DNA from: Bdellovibrionota bacterium
GTDB taxonomy: Bacteria; Bdellovibrionota_C; UBA2361; OMII01
DNA: 37,868 nucleotides
Assembly (NCBI GenBank): GCA_044356425.1
Contig: JBIKWG010000002.1
Coordinates: 1 to 37,868 of the forward strand
Direction: 5' to 3'
Both the position numbers and the translations under genes were made by a program. Below, one piece after another: positions 8,107 through 17,254 of the stretch (within the stretch, counting starts at the first letter, position 1; each line of letters begins with the position of its first letter). The notes beneath the pieces are model-generated. The model made no database searches. It had not been told where the DNA came from and was given only the letters and a program-made list of their open reading frames with translations.

Positions 8107-9315
8107 CTACAGCCCCCTCTTAATCAGGCTATCCCGCAGCCGTTGAGCGACCGTAAATTTATAGGGGTGCGGCACCTCACTGTTTATCAGGATTGCAAAT
8201 CGCACACGACCTGAGCCTGGGGTCGAAAAATAACCCGCGAGTGAATTCACCCCCCGCAGGCTTCCAGTTTTTGCTTGAAAGTCATCGTGGGTATCGAGCA
8301 GTTCACGATACCGCATGAAGTGTCGTAAAAGCTGGGTCATTTGCCTTGCTGAAACGGCATTTTTACGCGAAAGGCCAGAGCCTTCTGCAATTGAAAATTC
8401 TCTCCAGCCGATCCGTGATTCTAAACACTCAGTGAGCGCCCGTTGGCCCTTGGCAACCGTAGCAGGGGCACCGAGGTGTTTAATCCCGAGCATTAAGAAA
8501 ATCTGATTAGCGGTGAAATTTGTCGAGAACTTGAGCATGTCTGTTATAATTTGCGACAGCACCTGGGATGACCTGTGAGTGTAAAGGATTCGAGCCGAAG
8601 CGGGCACGCTGCCGATGGTCACCGCCATTTTTCCTTTTATGCCACGCTGCTTCAGAAACTCTGCGAGGAGCTCCCCACCATAGCGACTTCCGCTGCGCCA
8701 GTCTTGGCCAAGATTGATGCGTTCAGTTGCTCCCCTCTTTAGCTTTCTGCCCGCAAACTCAGCAAGCGGCGTAAGAGGGGTCTGAGGTTCGGCCGTTACG
8801 ATAGTGCCATCTTTGCGGCGGGTGACGTTTGCTGTGCTGAAATTGCCCACAAATGCGGCGTTTTTTGAGTCGTAGGGATTGGATGAGTTTGACATCCCAT
8901 CTAAAACAAGATCGTCAGCAAACAGGGATCCGTCAACGGTAATGCGGTCGATCTGCTTCACAAGAGGCGCAATGGCTGAAGCAATTCGGCGTAGCTCTTC
9001 AGACACAAGTGTGGGATCGCCTGATCCTTTTACAAACAGGTGCGATGAGCCATCCAGAAAAAACGGGGTAGAGAAGTAAAAATCTGTGCCTAGCTCCTCA
9101 AGAGCGCAGAAGGCCGTAGCGATCTTGAGCGTCGAGGCTGGCACAAAAAGCTCCTCATCGCGATGGGACAGCAGCACTCGTCCGTCGTCGGTCTCAATGC
9201 GCGCGGAGCCGTTTTTAAGCAGTTCGCCTAGAGCCAAGTCTTCGGCCTGAGCAGCCCAAGCTGCAAGGCCGAGTGCCATACTAATTGCAGTAGGGATGTA
9301 AAAGCGTGGGATCAT
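8107..9315 (-). CDS. dacB: D-alanyl-D-alanine carboxypeptidase/endopeptidase, PBP4 family (peptidase S13)
   Basis: Signal peptide MIPRFYIPTAISMALGLAAWAAQA. The three motifs are SxxK (ASTLKIAT), SxN (FSTNFTAN) and KTG (AKTGSLRGV). The PBP4-typical KGSGDPTL is also present. Confidence 0.85.
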   Translation of the reverse strand: MIPRFYIPTAISMALGLAAWAAQAEDLALGELLKNGSARIETDDGRVLLSHRDEELFVPASTLKIATAFCALEELGTDFYFSTPFFLDGSSHLFVKGSGDPTLVSEELRRIASAIAPLVKQIDRITVDGSLFADDLVLDGMSNSSNPYDSKNAAFVGNFSTANVTRRKDGTIVTAEPQTPLTPLAEFAGRKLKRGATERINLGQDWRSGSRYGGELLAEFLKQRGIKGKMAVTIGSVPASARILYTHRSSQVLSQIITDMLKFSTNFTANQIFLMLGIKHLGAPATVAKGQRALTECLESRIGWREFSIAEGSGLSRKNAVSARQMTQLLRHFMRYRELLDTHDDFQAKTGSLRGVNSLAGYFSTPGSGRVRFAILINSEVPHPYKFTVAQRLRDSLIKRGL

Positions 9316-9656
9316 CGCACAGCCATTTTCGTAATTCTTTGACGGTATGACAGCAGGGGCAGATGGGCAAGATGGCTGCCTCTAGCAACAGCCAGCGATG
9401 GCGGGTGCTACGTCTCAGAAAAAGCCTAGCCAATCCCGGCGCAAAGCCTATGAGCGTGGGATAGCATGAGGGGCCTTGCTGGAGGGATTTAGGCTGGGCC
9501 CACAGAGGTACGTAGTAAGCAGGCATTGCAAGGGTTTCAAAAAACTACAGCAATACAATGTAGTAATAAAAAGTTCTGTTGAGTCTGCTTAGGAGGTTCC
9601 CAAGGCGAGGCATCTTGGTATGATATGGCGTAAAGTTTTTCAGGGGCTCTCGGGTT

Positions 9657-10535
9657 ATGAAGGGAATTATCTTAGCTGGTGGATCAGGAACACGTCTTCA
9701 TCCAGTGACGCTTGCGGTCAGCAAGCAGCTTCTTCCTATCTATGATAAGCCAATGATCTACTATCCACTGTCCACATTGCTTCTGGCAGGCATAAGAGAG
9801 ATTTTGATTATCTCTACCCCACAAGACCAGGAGGCATTTCAGAGGCTGCTTGGGGACGGCTCGCAGTGGGGCGTCTCATTTTGCTATGCCCAGCAGCCCT
9901 CGCCAGATGGGCTGGCGCAGGCTTTTATTATAGGGAAAGATTTTATCGGCTCTGACTCTGTAGCTCTCGCGCTCGGAGATAACATTTTTTACGGACATGG
10001 TTTTGCTGACCTTCTGCGCATAGCGGCGCAGCGCACAAAGGGCGCAACTGTATTTGGATATAGAGTAAGTGACCCCGAGCGTTACGGTGTGGTTGAGTTT
10101 GATGCCGAGGGTCGTGCAATTAACCTCGAAGAGAAGCCCAAGATGCCGCGCTCTTCTTACGCCGTCACCGGGATCTATTTTTACGATAACAGTGTAGTTG
10201 ATATTGCTCACAGTCTTAAGCCCTCAGGGCGTGGAGAGCTTGAGATTACCGATGTAAATAAAGCTTACTTAGTGCGTAAAGACCTACACGTTGAGCTTCT
10301 CGGTCGTGGTATGGCGTGGTTAGACACGGGCACTCATGAATCGTTGCTGCATGCATGTAATTTTATCCAGACCTTGCAAGAGCGTCAGGGTCTGATGGTG
10401 GCGTGTCTTGAAGAGATAGCCTACGTCATGAACTTTATTGATGCAGAACAGCTTGAGCGGCTTGCGGCGCGTAACCAGAAAAACGCTTATGGGCAGTATC
10501 TGTTGCGGCTGCTGCGTGAAAGGCCTGAGCTGTAG
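9657..10535 (+). CDS. rfbA: Glucose-1-phosphate thymidylyltransferase
   Basis: The N-terminus [55 protein letters not shown] is near-canonical RmlA. 292 aa. Confidence 0.95.
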   Translation: MKGIILAGGSGTRLHPVTLAVSKQLLPIYDKPMIYYPLSTLLLAGIREILIISTPQDQEAFQRLLGDGSQWGVSFCYAQQPSPDGLAQAFIIGKDFIGSDSVALALGDNIFYGHGFADLLRIAAQRTKGATVFGYRVSDPERYGVVEFDAEGRAINLEEKPKMPRSSYAVTGIYFYDNSVVDIAHSLKPSGRGELEITDVNKAYLVRKDLHVELLGRGMAWLDTGTHESLLHACNFIQTLQERQGLMVACLEEIAYVMNFIDAEQLERLAARNQKNAYGQYLLRLLRERPEL

Positions 10536-10968
10536 ACTCTCTTGTTGCGTTGCAGATGGGGACTGTTTGCATAATCTATGCAGGGCAAAGAGTTAGGCAG
10601 CAGCAAAACATAGTCCGAACCAGTCGTTTTGGTAACGAACAAATATGTGGATCTTCGACGACACTACTTGGTTGATATAGGCGGCGCGCGTTTTGAGTAG
10701 GCTGCATTAACAACCAGGTGACCAGCGCAGGCAAGAGCGTATTTGATAGCGCATTCTTAATTAGCGACCACTAGAGCTTTCGCTGCGCCAAATATTTTTT
10801 CTGGGAGGCCTGGTGGGCATGATGCCCGGCATATGTCCGGCTCCTCTTTCTTTGTAGGCTCGAGGCAATATGCCTTTGCGCGCTTCGACTTTGTTAGCTG
10901 ATTGCGCACCTGTTAATTTCGTTAACCGAGAAATACTAAGAGTAGCGATCGAGAGAGAAGGGTGGGAT

Positions 10969-11091
10969 ATGTCAAAGAACTCCGGAAGAACAAAGGGTAT
11001 GGGAAAGGCTGACCGAGCTACAAAGAAGCGCGGAAAGTCTCGCAGTAAGATAGAGTCAAGTAAACACACCCACAGGCAGCGCAATACGTAG
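10969..11091 (+). CDS. Possible Lys/Arg-rich micro-protein (40 aa, or 30 aa from the internal ATG at 10999); bTHX-like N-terminal pattern
   Basis: The ATG at 10969 is preceded by gaagggtggg (SD-like). The peptide is MSKNSGRTKGMGKADRATKKRGKSRSKIESSKHTHRQRNT. From memory, the internal MGKADRATKKRGK resembles the N-terminus of ribosomal protein Thx (MGKGDRRTRRGK...). Short ORF, so speculative. Confidence 0.3.
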   Translation: MSKNSGRTKGMGKADRATKKRGKSRSKIESSKHTHRQRNT

Positions 11092-11224
11092 TATTCCCGC
11101 TAGAAACCGACTCGCACTAGACCCGCTGATTCGACTGGGTGTCATGCGTAGCCCGTTTTGCGTTGACACCGGCGCTGGTCTTTGAAACCATCTCGTTGCT
11201 TCAGATGTATATTGGCGACGAGAC

Positions 11225-13540
11225 GTGAATCACTCTTTCGGACAGACAACTTTTCATAAAATCATAGCCCCATTTCTAGAGGCAACCTTTAAGCAGCCCG
11301 ATGATGGCGGGCACAGCCTTGTTTTTCTGCAAGAGCTAGGAATTAACGAGATATTCGAGGGCAGAGAGCCAAGCGCTGAGGTTGTTGCTCAAGAGGCTTT
11401 TCAGCAGCTAACATGCGCACCGCCGCTTGGCCGACAGTCTGCACAAGATAGCTTGACTCGCTTGGTTACCTCCCCCAAACACATAGAACAAGATGCAGCA
11501 AAGATAATCGAGGCGTTGATTGCGTCGTGGCGCGCAGATCTCTGCGAGGCGCTGCGGCAGCACTTTCCTCTCGCTCAAATGAGTGAGAGCGGTAAGTGCT
11601 TAACTATTAGGTTATCAAGGGACATGCCCCGAAATATTGACGGGATTGTAAGTGCACTGCGCGAAGCCGAATATGAGCGGGCGGATTGGACCTTGCGGCT
11701 TATTGCAGCCCGCTCTTGCAGCTATCGACGAGACCTTGCCCAAGCCAAAAATCAGTTGCGAAAAATCTACGGCGAGCGGTTAGGTACCTCTATAAAGATC
11801 ATCGATTCAACAGGCGAAGACGTTCGGGAATTTGAGTTAAAGCGCATCTCGTTAGCTCCTGAAAGAAGGTTTCTTTCAGAGTTAGAGGCTCGGACAGCAG
11901 CGCAGCAAGCTGCGTTGCAAGAGCTACGTCTGCCGCCAGGTATATCAGATTTTGTAGGAACACAGCTTTTAAATTCAGCTTTGCATGAAGATGCAATTGG
12001 TGAGCTCAAGCAGCTGCAAGTGCCCGAGGCAAGTTTACAGCTTTCACCGCGAGCGCTTCAGGATGGTACGCCTGCGGAGTATGTTGAAATCGCAAAGAAG
12101 CAGGCAGCAGAGTTGATGCAACGTGGAGCAGCTGAGGCAAGGGTTTTTTTGGAACGTGCAAGTTTTCGGCCGCAGCGGTGTGTTTCGCTCGCTGCTGCCC
12201 CTCAGGACGAATTGACCATGGAGCTTCAAGTTGCGCAGATTGCCGGGGATGTTCGCAGTGAGCTCGTGCGAATCGTTAGAGATTCGCGGATAGCAGATAG
12301 GTTAGCTAGCAGGCTGTTGTGTGAGCTGAATGCACACATACTAGAAAGTACTGATCCGTTCGCTTATCCATGGTTGTCCAGCTACAACATTGAGGGTGCT
12401 GATGCCAAAGACGGGCAAGGCCGGATAATTATTTTGGCGGTCTGTCCGCTGCTGCGGGAGAGGCCATGGTATTCAAGCGAAAGTGACGATAGTTACTATC
12501 AGCCCTTGGCAACTTTGAAGAGTGAAGTTGCGATACTAGCTGATCGTCCGGACCGGAGTTTTCTAGACGATGGAAGCGTTTTGATGAGGTGGTTGGGGTC
12601 TTTTAACCGCTTTCTCAAACACGAGCCGACAGATGATCGCTTAACTGAAGAAGAAGAGATAGCGAACAATCAAGCGGGTGGAGTTGCGTGCTTTGATGGC
12701 ACGAAGGGGTCATCCTGGCGATACTACGGCTTAACTCATGAAAAAGCAGAAGAGGCTTTTAATTCGCCGCTAAACGGCCCGACAGATTGCGCTACGGATT
12801 ATCAATGCTCATTCTTTGATCTGTTATCAGAGCGCTATAGCGCAGTATGGCAGCTTCTGCCCGCAGATAACTTTTATAGTGCAACAATAGCTCCTATTGA
12901 ACAGCATCCTCCGCTTACAGCCGCAATACAGACCTTTCAAATACTCGAGCGGCACTATGGGTCGCTACAACTGTTATCGGAAGACCAGCAGGGTCGGCTG
13001 AAGAAATGGCTTGAGTGCTATCAGCAGTGGGCAGATGCCAGCACTATAGAGCTGTTGCTGGCACTTCCATCGTGGCGATTGGCGGCAGACCTCTGTCTAC
13101 AAGATCGAGCGATTCTGATGGCAGAGGAAGACGTTAATGGTGAGGGCGATGAAGAAGACTATGGGTGGAGCATAGATACCGCTCGCAGTAATGAGAAGCT
13201 TTTTGGTCGTGACTTTAGCAACGAACAGCACCATATTTTGCAGAGTGCCCTTGAGCCAGAAGCAGTACAATCTGTAAATCAGCTGCTCTCTACTGGACAC
13301 ATCTACTTTGATAGGCTCTCAGCAGAGTGCATCGTTTGTCTTAATGAGCGGTCACATGCACAGATTAAGGAAGCCATTATTAGTTTGGTTGAAGATGCGC
13401 TTGCTCTGAAGACAAAACGTATCCCGCAGGATTGGTTTGACTTGCGAGAGCAAAATGCAAAGTCGTCTGCGCTTGCGCTGCGCTCAAGCGCAGGGCGGAT
13501 GTGGGCGGTGATTTTGGAGAGATCGGCTCCCCGAGAGTAA
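11225..13540 (+). CDS. Hypothetical 771-aa cytoplasmic-type protein, no recognisable domain
   Basis: Long uninterrupted ORF with a GTG start. No signal peptide or TM segment. No P-loop, HExxH or other motif I can identify. Helix-prone A/E/L/Q/R-rich stretch at aa ~150-330. Confidence 0.7.
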   Translation: MNHSFGQTTFHKIIAPFLEATFKQPDDGGHSLVFLQELGINEIFEGREPSAEVVAQEAFQQLTCAPPLGRQSAQDSLTRLVTSPKHIEQDAAKIIEALIASWRADLCEALRQHFPLAQMSESGKCLTIRLSRDMPRNIDGIVSALREAEYERADWTLRLIAARSCSYRRDLAQAKNQLRKIYGERLGTSIKIIDSTGEDVREFELKRISLAPERRFLSELEARTAAQQAALQELRLPPGISDFVGTQLLNSALHEDAIGELKQLQVPEASLQLSPRALQDGTPAEYVEIAKKQAAELMQRGAAEARVFLERASFRPQRCVSLAAAPQDELTMELQVAQIAGDVRSELVRIVRDSRIADRLASRLLCELNAHILESTDPFAYPWLSSYNIEGADAKDGQGRIIILAVCPLLRERPWYSSESDDSYYQPLATLKSEVAILADRPDRSFLDDGSVLMRWLGSFNRFLKHEPTDDRLTEEEEIANNQAGGVACFDGTKGSSWRYYGLTHEKAEEAFNSPLNGPTDCATDYQCSFFDLLSERYSAVWQLLPADNFYSATIAPIEQHPPLTAAIQTFQILERHYGSLQLLSEDQQGRLKKWLECYQQWADASTIELLLALPSWRLAADLCLQDRAILMAEEDVNGEGDEEDYGWSIDTARSNEKLFGRDFSNEQHHILQSALEPEAVQSVNQLLSTGHIYFDRLSAECIVCLNERSHAQIKEAIISLVEDALALKTKRIPQDWFDLREQNAKSSALALRSSAGRMWAVILERSAPRE

Positions 13541-13547
13541 AGAGATA

Positions 13548-13904
13548 TTACCAAGAGAGTGAGAGGCTTTGAGCAATGAAGAGTTGCGCAATAAAGATAA
13601 GCAGCAGCACGAATTGAAAGCCCGCTTTCCTGGTTTTGTTCTTAAAGACATACATTCCAAGAAGGGTCCCAGGAGATCCGCCAAGGAGAGCGATCACGTA
13701 CGAGATGGTCTCTGGAAGGCGCAGGGAGTCAGAGCGAGCTAGAGATTTATCGAGTCCAATCGTGATGACCGCAGCAGCGTTTATGCCGATAAAGAACGAA
13801 AGTAGTAAGGGCACCTGAAATTGAAAAACGCAGATAGCTAATGCCGTGCCCATGATCAGCGCGCTAAGGAGTGAAAAGAAGAGGTAGGGTCGCTGGTTAT
13901 ACAT
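13548..13904 (-). CDS. DUF1294-family small membrane protein
   Basis: 118 aa. RLPETISYVIALLGGSPGTLLGMYVFKNKTRKAGFQ matches the DUF1294 core (R.PE..L...AL.GG.PGA...M..FRHKT.K). It lies 15 nt downstream of tonB on the same strand. Confidence 0.8.
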   Translation of the reverse strand: MYNQRPYLFFSLLSALIMGTALAICVFQFQVPLLLSFFIGINAAAVITIGLDKSLARSDSLRLPETISYVIALLGGSPGTLLGMYVFKNKTRKAGFQFVLLLIFIAQLFIAQSLSLSW

Positions 13905-13919
13905 GCCTAGCTACTTTTA

Positions 13920-14741
13920 TTACTGCTGAAGGCGAAATGATACTGGCACTAATAAAGCGAGATTGTCACGTCGCAGGTCGGCAGGAAATGGCGGAAATGG
14001 TGACGCTCGTTCCACCATATCTTTTAATTCTTCATCAAGTATGGGAGAGGCGGTTGACTCAACGATCTCGAAGTCGGTGACATCTCCGGACGCGTCGATC
14101 TTAATGCGTATTGTCCCGTCTCCTGTGGTCTGCCGACGCAGCGCTCTTTCGGGATATCGTTTGGCGCGAGCAAGCATGGTTGCGACCATATCCTGGTAGC
14201 TGATGCGTGCCGGCTCGGCAGTTGGGTTATTATTGCTGCCATTTATAGTAGCACCGATGGAGCTTGCCGCGGAAGGCGCTGATGCTTGCTGCGGCTGCTG
14301 CGTTGAGGTGTCAGCGGATGGAGCAGTTTTTATCTTTTTCTTTTCAGAGGTGAGGGGTTTCTTTGTTTCTGGCGCTGCGTTAGCGGCGTCGCTCGGCAGA
14401 GACAAGGGTTTTGACTGCTTAATCGTTTTGGGTTCTTCGAGGGGCTTGTTCTCCTGCTGTGGCCTTCCTGTGGGAGGAACTGTATCAAGCGCGGATAGGG
14501 GAACGAGAGATACGTCAAAGGTCTGAACAGCCACCTGAGTTACGGGTGTTGATGGCCATAGCGTTACAACTATTGCGGCGGCTACAAGTGCAAAGTGCAG
14601 CAGGGCCGATGCTACAAGTGCTTGTCGAGTCACAACAGACGACGAAGAGCCGCAGGGCGCTCTTCCTGGCACTGGAAATCTCACCGGGTGAGCTGAAGAT
14701 GCTTCTGGCATCTCTATTGAGACCATCACAGCACTAGACAT
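13920..14741 (-). CDS. tonB: Energy transducer TonB
   Basis: N-terminal TM helix ALVASALLHFALVAAAIVVTLW. Pro/Lys/Ser-rich linker. C-terminal TonB domain YPERALRRQTTGDGTIRIKIDASGDVTDFEIVESTASPILDEE. Confidence 0.85.
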   Translation of the reverse strand: MSSAVMVSIEMPEASSAHPVRFPVPGRAPCGSSSSVVTRQALVASALLHFALVAAAIVVTLWPSTPVTQVAVQTFDVSLVPLSALDTVPPTGRPQQENKPLEEPKTIKQSKPLSLPSDAANAAPETKKPLTSEKKKIKTAPSADTSTQQPQQASAPSAASSIGATINGSNNNPTAEPARISYQDMVATMLARAKRYPERALRRQTTGDGTIRIKIDASGDVTDFEIVESTASPILDEELKDMVERASPFPPFPADLRRDNLALLVPVSFRLQQ

Positions 14742-14821
14742 TTGTTACATCCGTTTGGTGCTCAATAGACCACAAAGTCTGGATTCAGGCTTCTGTAGGG
14801 CTTTGTTTTTCATTTGTCTGC

Positions 14822-14849
14822 TTGACATGCCTAACACGCTAAATATATA
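14822..14849 (+). promoter_or_regulatory. Candidate sigma70-type promoter for the TonB-dependent receptor
   Basis: TTGACA (14822-14827), a 16-nt spacer, then TATATA (14844-14849), about 60 nt upstream of the ATG at 14909. Confidence 0.35.
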
Positions 14850-14908
14850 TCACGTTGCGCTAGGGCATATAAAGCCCAGCCTGGTAAGTTTAATAACTAT
14901 TTGTATTT

Positions 14909-17254
14909 ATGAGACTAAATACCTTTTTTGCTGTTTTAGTACGGTGTTGTTTTACCCTCTGTGGCCTCGCCGCGGCCGCCTCTTTGCTAGAGGCGCAAGA
15001 GGTGCAACCGTCCAGAATAAGAGCTCAGGAGCGTCAGGATACCGAAAAAGACGGCTCTAACCAACCTTCTGACAGTAGCCCCGGTGCTAACAAAAGTAGC
15101 TCCGCTACTCAGAGTGCTCCCGGTACTCGGGGAGAGAAGCTTCTTGAGCGCATTACAGTCGTAGGCGCAGGTAAGAATATTCAAGACCTCCCGGGCTCGG
15201 CAGCCATTATCCAGGGTGAGGCCCTTGAGGAGGCCAAGACGGGCGTGGCCGACGTTACGCGCGCTCTGCGAGTCGTGCCTGGGCTCAACGTGGTTGAAGA
15301 GGATGGATACGGCCTTCGGCCCAACATAGGTATGCGCGGAACCTCCTCTGAGCGCAGCGCCTCGGTTACCTTGATGGAGGATGGTGTCTTGATTGCTCCA
15401 GCACCATACGCGGCTCCAGCAGCATACTTCTTTCCTACCTTTGGGCGGATGTCGGGCATGGAAGTTACTAAGGGCGTTGGGCAGATAAAATATGGGCCTC
15501 GAACCACGGGAGGAGCGCTCAATCTGCTCTCAACTGAGATACCAGACCAGTTAAAGATTAAGGGGGACTTTTCAGCTGGTGGTAATAACACTCGCCGAGC
15601 ACACCTGTATCTCGGCGAATCCCATGAAAACTTCGGCTACCTTCTTGAAACTTTTCAACTGGCAACTACTGGCTTCAAGGATCTTGATGGGGGTGGGGAC
15701 ACAGGATTTGACCTTCAGGATTATGTTGGCAAAGTTCGATTCAATACTGACGCCAACGCGGATGTGTACCAGCAGCTGCAGTTGAAAGTTGGTTACTATG
15801 AACAGGATGCCAACGAGACCTACCTCGGACTAACTCAAGATGACTTCGCTAAGACACCAATGCGACGCTACGCTGCTTCACAGAATGATAAGGTGAATAT
15901 CACCCAGCAGCAGTATTCTGCCCAGCACTACGTGGAGCTTGGTGATAATGCTGACGTAACCACCACCGCGTATTACAACGACACGGGTCGTCGGTGGAAC
16001 AAGCTTGATTCAGTGAATGGAAATTCCTTGGGTGCAGTGCTCGCGGCTCCGCAGCTCTATCAAGATGCGTATGCATTCTTGACTGGCGAGCAAAGCAGCT
16101 TTGCAGATGCGCTTTCTATGCGCGATGCAGATCGAGACTACTACGGTCGCGGACTTCAATCAGTCGCTGTGGCGCGAGCGCAGATCCTAGGCGCTGAAAA
16201 TAGATTTGAACTGGGCGTGCGCTTTCATCAAGATGAAGAAGACCGTAAGCAGGTTGATAACGGCTATCAGATGACAAACGGGCGCATGGTGCAAACCTCG
16301 CAAGGCAGCCCGCTGAGTCAAGCAAATCGCATTTCATCGGCAGAGGCCGTGGCGCTCTATCTTCAGGATACCATATCAATTGGTAAGTTTCGTCTGATGC
16401 CCGGCGTTCGTTACGAGAATATTAGTCTTCGAAGCAGAGATTATGGCAAGACTGATCCCTCGCGTTCAGGTTTGAATCTGAAGGAAAATGAGAGCGAGCT
16501 AAATGTATTTGTTCCAGGAGCAGGGCTTGAATATTCATGGACGCAACAACTCGCTTCATTTGTCGGTGTGCATAAAGGCTTTTCGCCCCCCGGCCCGTCA
16601 GACAAGCAAGGAGTCAAAGAAGAGGAGAGTATCGCCTATGAGACAGGCGTAAACTTTAAGCGTGATTCCCTTCTTTCGCAGGTTGCGCTTTTCTTCAGCG
16701 ATTATGAAAACATGTTGGGGCAGGATTCACTCGCAAGTGGTGGCGCAGGAACAGGCGACCAATTTAATCTGGGGTCAGCCTTTACCTACGGCGTTGAGTC
16801 AAGTGTTCAGTACAATCTCGGCGAGCAAGTTGAAACTGCTTGGGGTATCCCGGTGTATGCAACCTACACGTATACAGATGCAGAGTTTCGGTCAACGTTC
16901 CTAAGCGATCAATACGGCCAGGTAGAGAGCGGAGATCCGATTCCGTATATTCCAGCGCACCAGTTTGCTATCGGCGCTGGCGTTGAACACGAACGTTACG
17001 GAAAATATCTTTTGCGGTCTTACTTCGTTGACTCTATGCCCACACAGCCTGATTCACGAGGCAATGCGCCCGAGACAGACGCATACTTCGTAGTAGATGC
17101 CCACCTTGAGAGCCCAGAGATTGCAAAGGGCGTGCGGTTGTTTAGTGACATTACTAATCTCTTTAACAACGAATATATCGTTGCGCAGCGACCCGCGGGT
17201 GCTCGACCCGGTATGCCTTTTACTGCGTTTGGAGGGATTAAGATCGATCTTTAA
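14909..17254 (+). CDS. TonB-dependent outer-membrane receptor, substrate unknown
   Basis: Signal peptide MRLNTFFAVLVRCCFTLCGLAAAASLLEA. TonB-box-like ERITVVG. Plug motifs VVPGLNVVEEDGYGLRPNIGMRGTSSERSASVTLMEDGVLIAPAPY. Long beta-barrel region. 781 aa. Confidence 0.9.
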   Translation: MRLNTFFAVLVRCCFTLCGLAAAASLLEAQEVQPSRIRAQERQDTEKDGSNQPSDSSPGANKSSSATQSAPGTRGEKLLERITVVGAGKNIQDLPGSAAIIQGEALEEAKTGVADVTRALRVVPGLNVVEEDGYGLRPNIGMRGTSSERSASVTLMEDGVLIAPAPYAAPAAYFFPTFGRMSGMEVTKGVGQIKYGPRTTGGALNLLSTEIPDQLKIKGDFSAGGNNTRRAHLYLGESHENFGYLLETFQLATTGFKDLDGGGDTGFDLQDYVGKVRFNTDANADVYQQLQLKVGYYEQDANETYLGLTQDDFAKTPMRRYAASQNDKVNITQQQYSAQHYVELGDNADVTTTAYYNDTGRRWNKLDSVNGNSLGAVLAAPQLYQDAYAFLTGEQSSFADALSMRDADRDYYGRGLQSVAVARAQILGAENRFELGVRFHQDEEDRKQVDNGYQMTNGRMVQTSQGSPLSQANRISSAEAVALYLQDTISIGKFRLMPGVRYENISLRSRDYGKTDPSRSGLNLKENESELNVFVPGAGLEYSWTQQLASFVGVHKGFSPPGPSDKQGVKEEESIAYETGVNFKRDSLLSQVALFFSDYENMLGQDSLASGGAGTGDQFNLGSAFTYGVESSVQYNLGEQVETAWGIPVYATYTYTDAEFRSTFLSDQYGQVESGDPIPYIPAHQFAIGAGVEHERYGKYLLRSYFVDSMPTQPDSRGNAPETDAYFVVDAHLESPEIAKGVRLFSDITNLFNNEYIVAQRPAGARPGMPFTAFGGIKIDL

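Noticed and set aside
9281-9526. An 81-aa minus-strand ORF overlapping the dacB start.
   Set aside because: It overlaps the dacB signal-peptide codons out of frame and extends into the divergent promoter region. It has no recognisable features.
10761-11084. A 107-aa minus-strand ORF in the large intergenic gap.
   Set aside because: It is antisense to the better-supported basic micro-ORF. It has no SD, no motifs and a low-complexity Pro/Arg/Ser tail. It is likely a shadow ORF.
14888-14908. The AT-rich tttaataactatttgtattt, considered as a Fur box in front of the TonB-dependent receptor.
   Set aside because: Only about 11 of 19 positions match GATAATGATAATCATTATC, with no dyad symmetry. That is indistinguishable from generic AT-rich leader sequence.
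15181-15591. A 136-aa minus-strand ORF inside the TonB-dependent receptor gene. Similar shadow ORFs occur at 6478-6945, 7069-7449, 23441-23857, 19597-20031 and 27642-28100.
   Set aside because: All are antisense or alternate-frame to genes with clear family signatures. None has a motif or a plausible translation signal.
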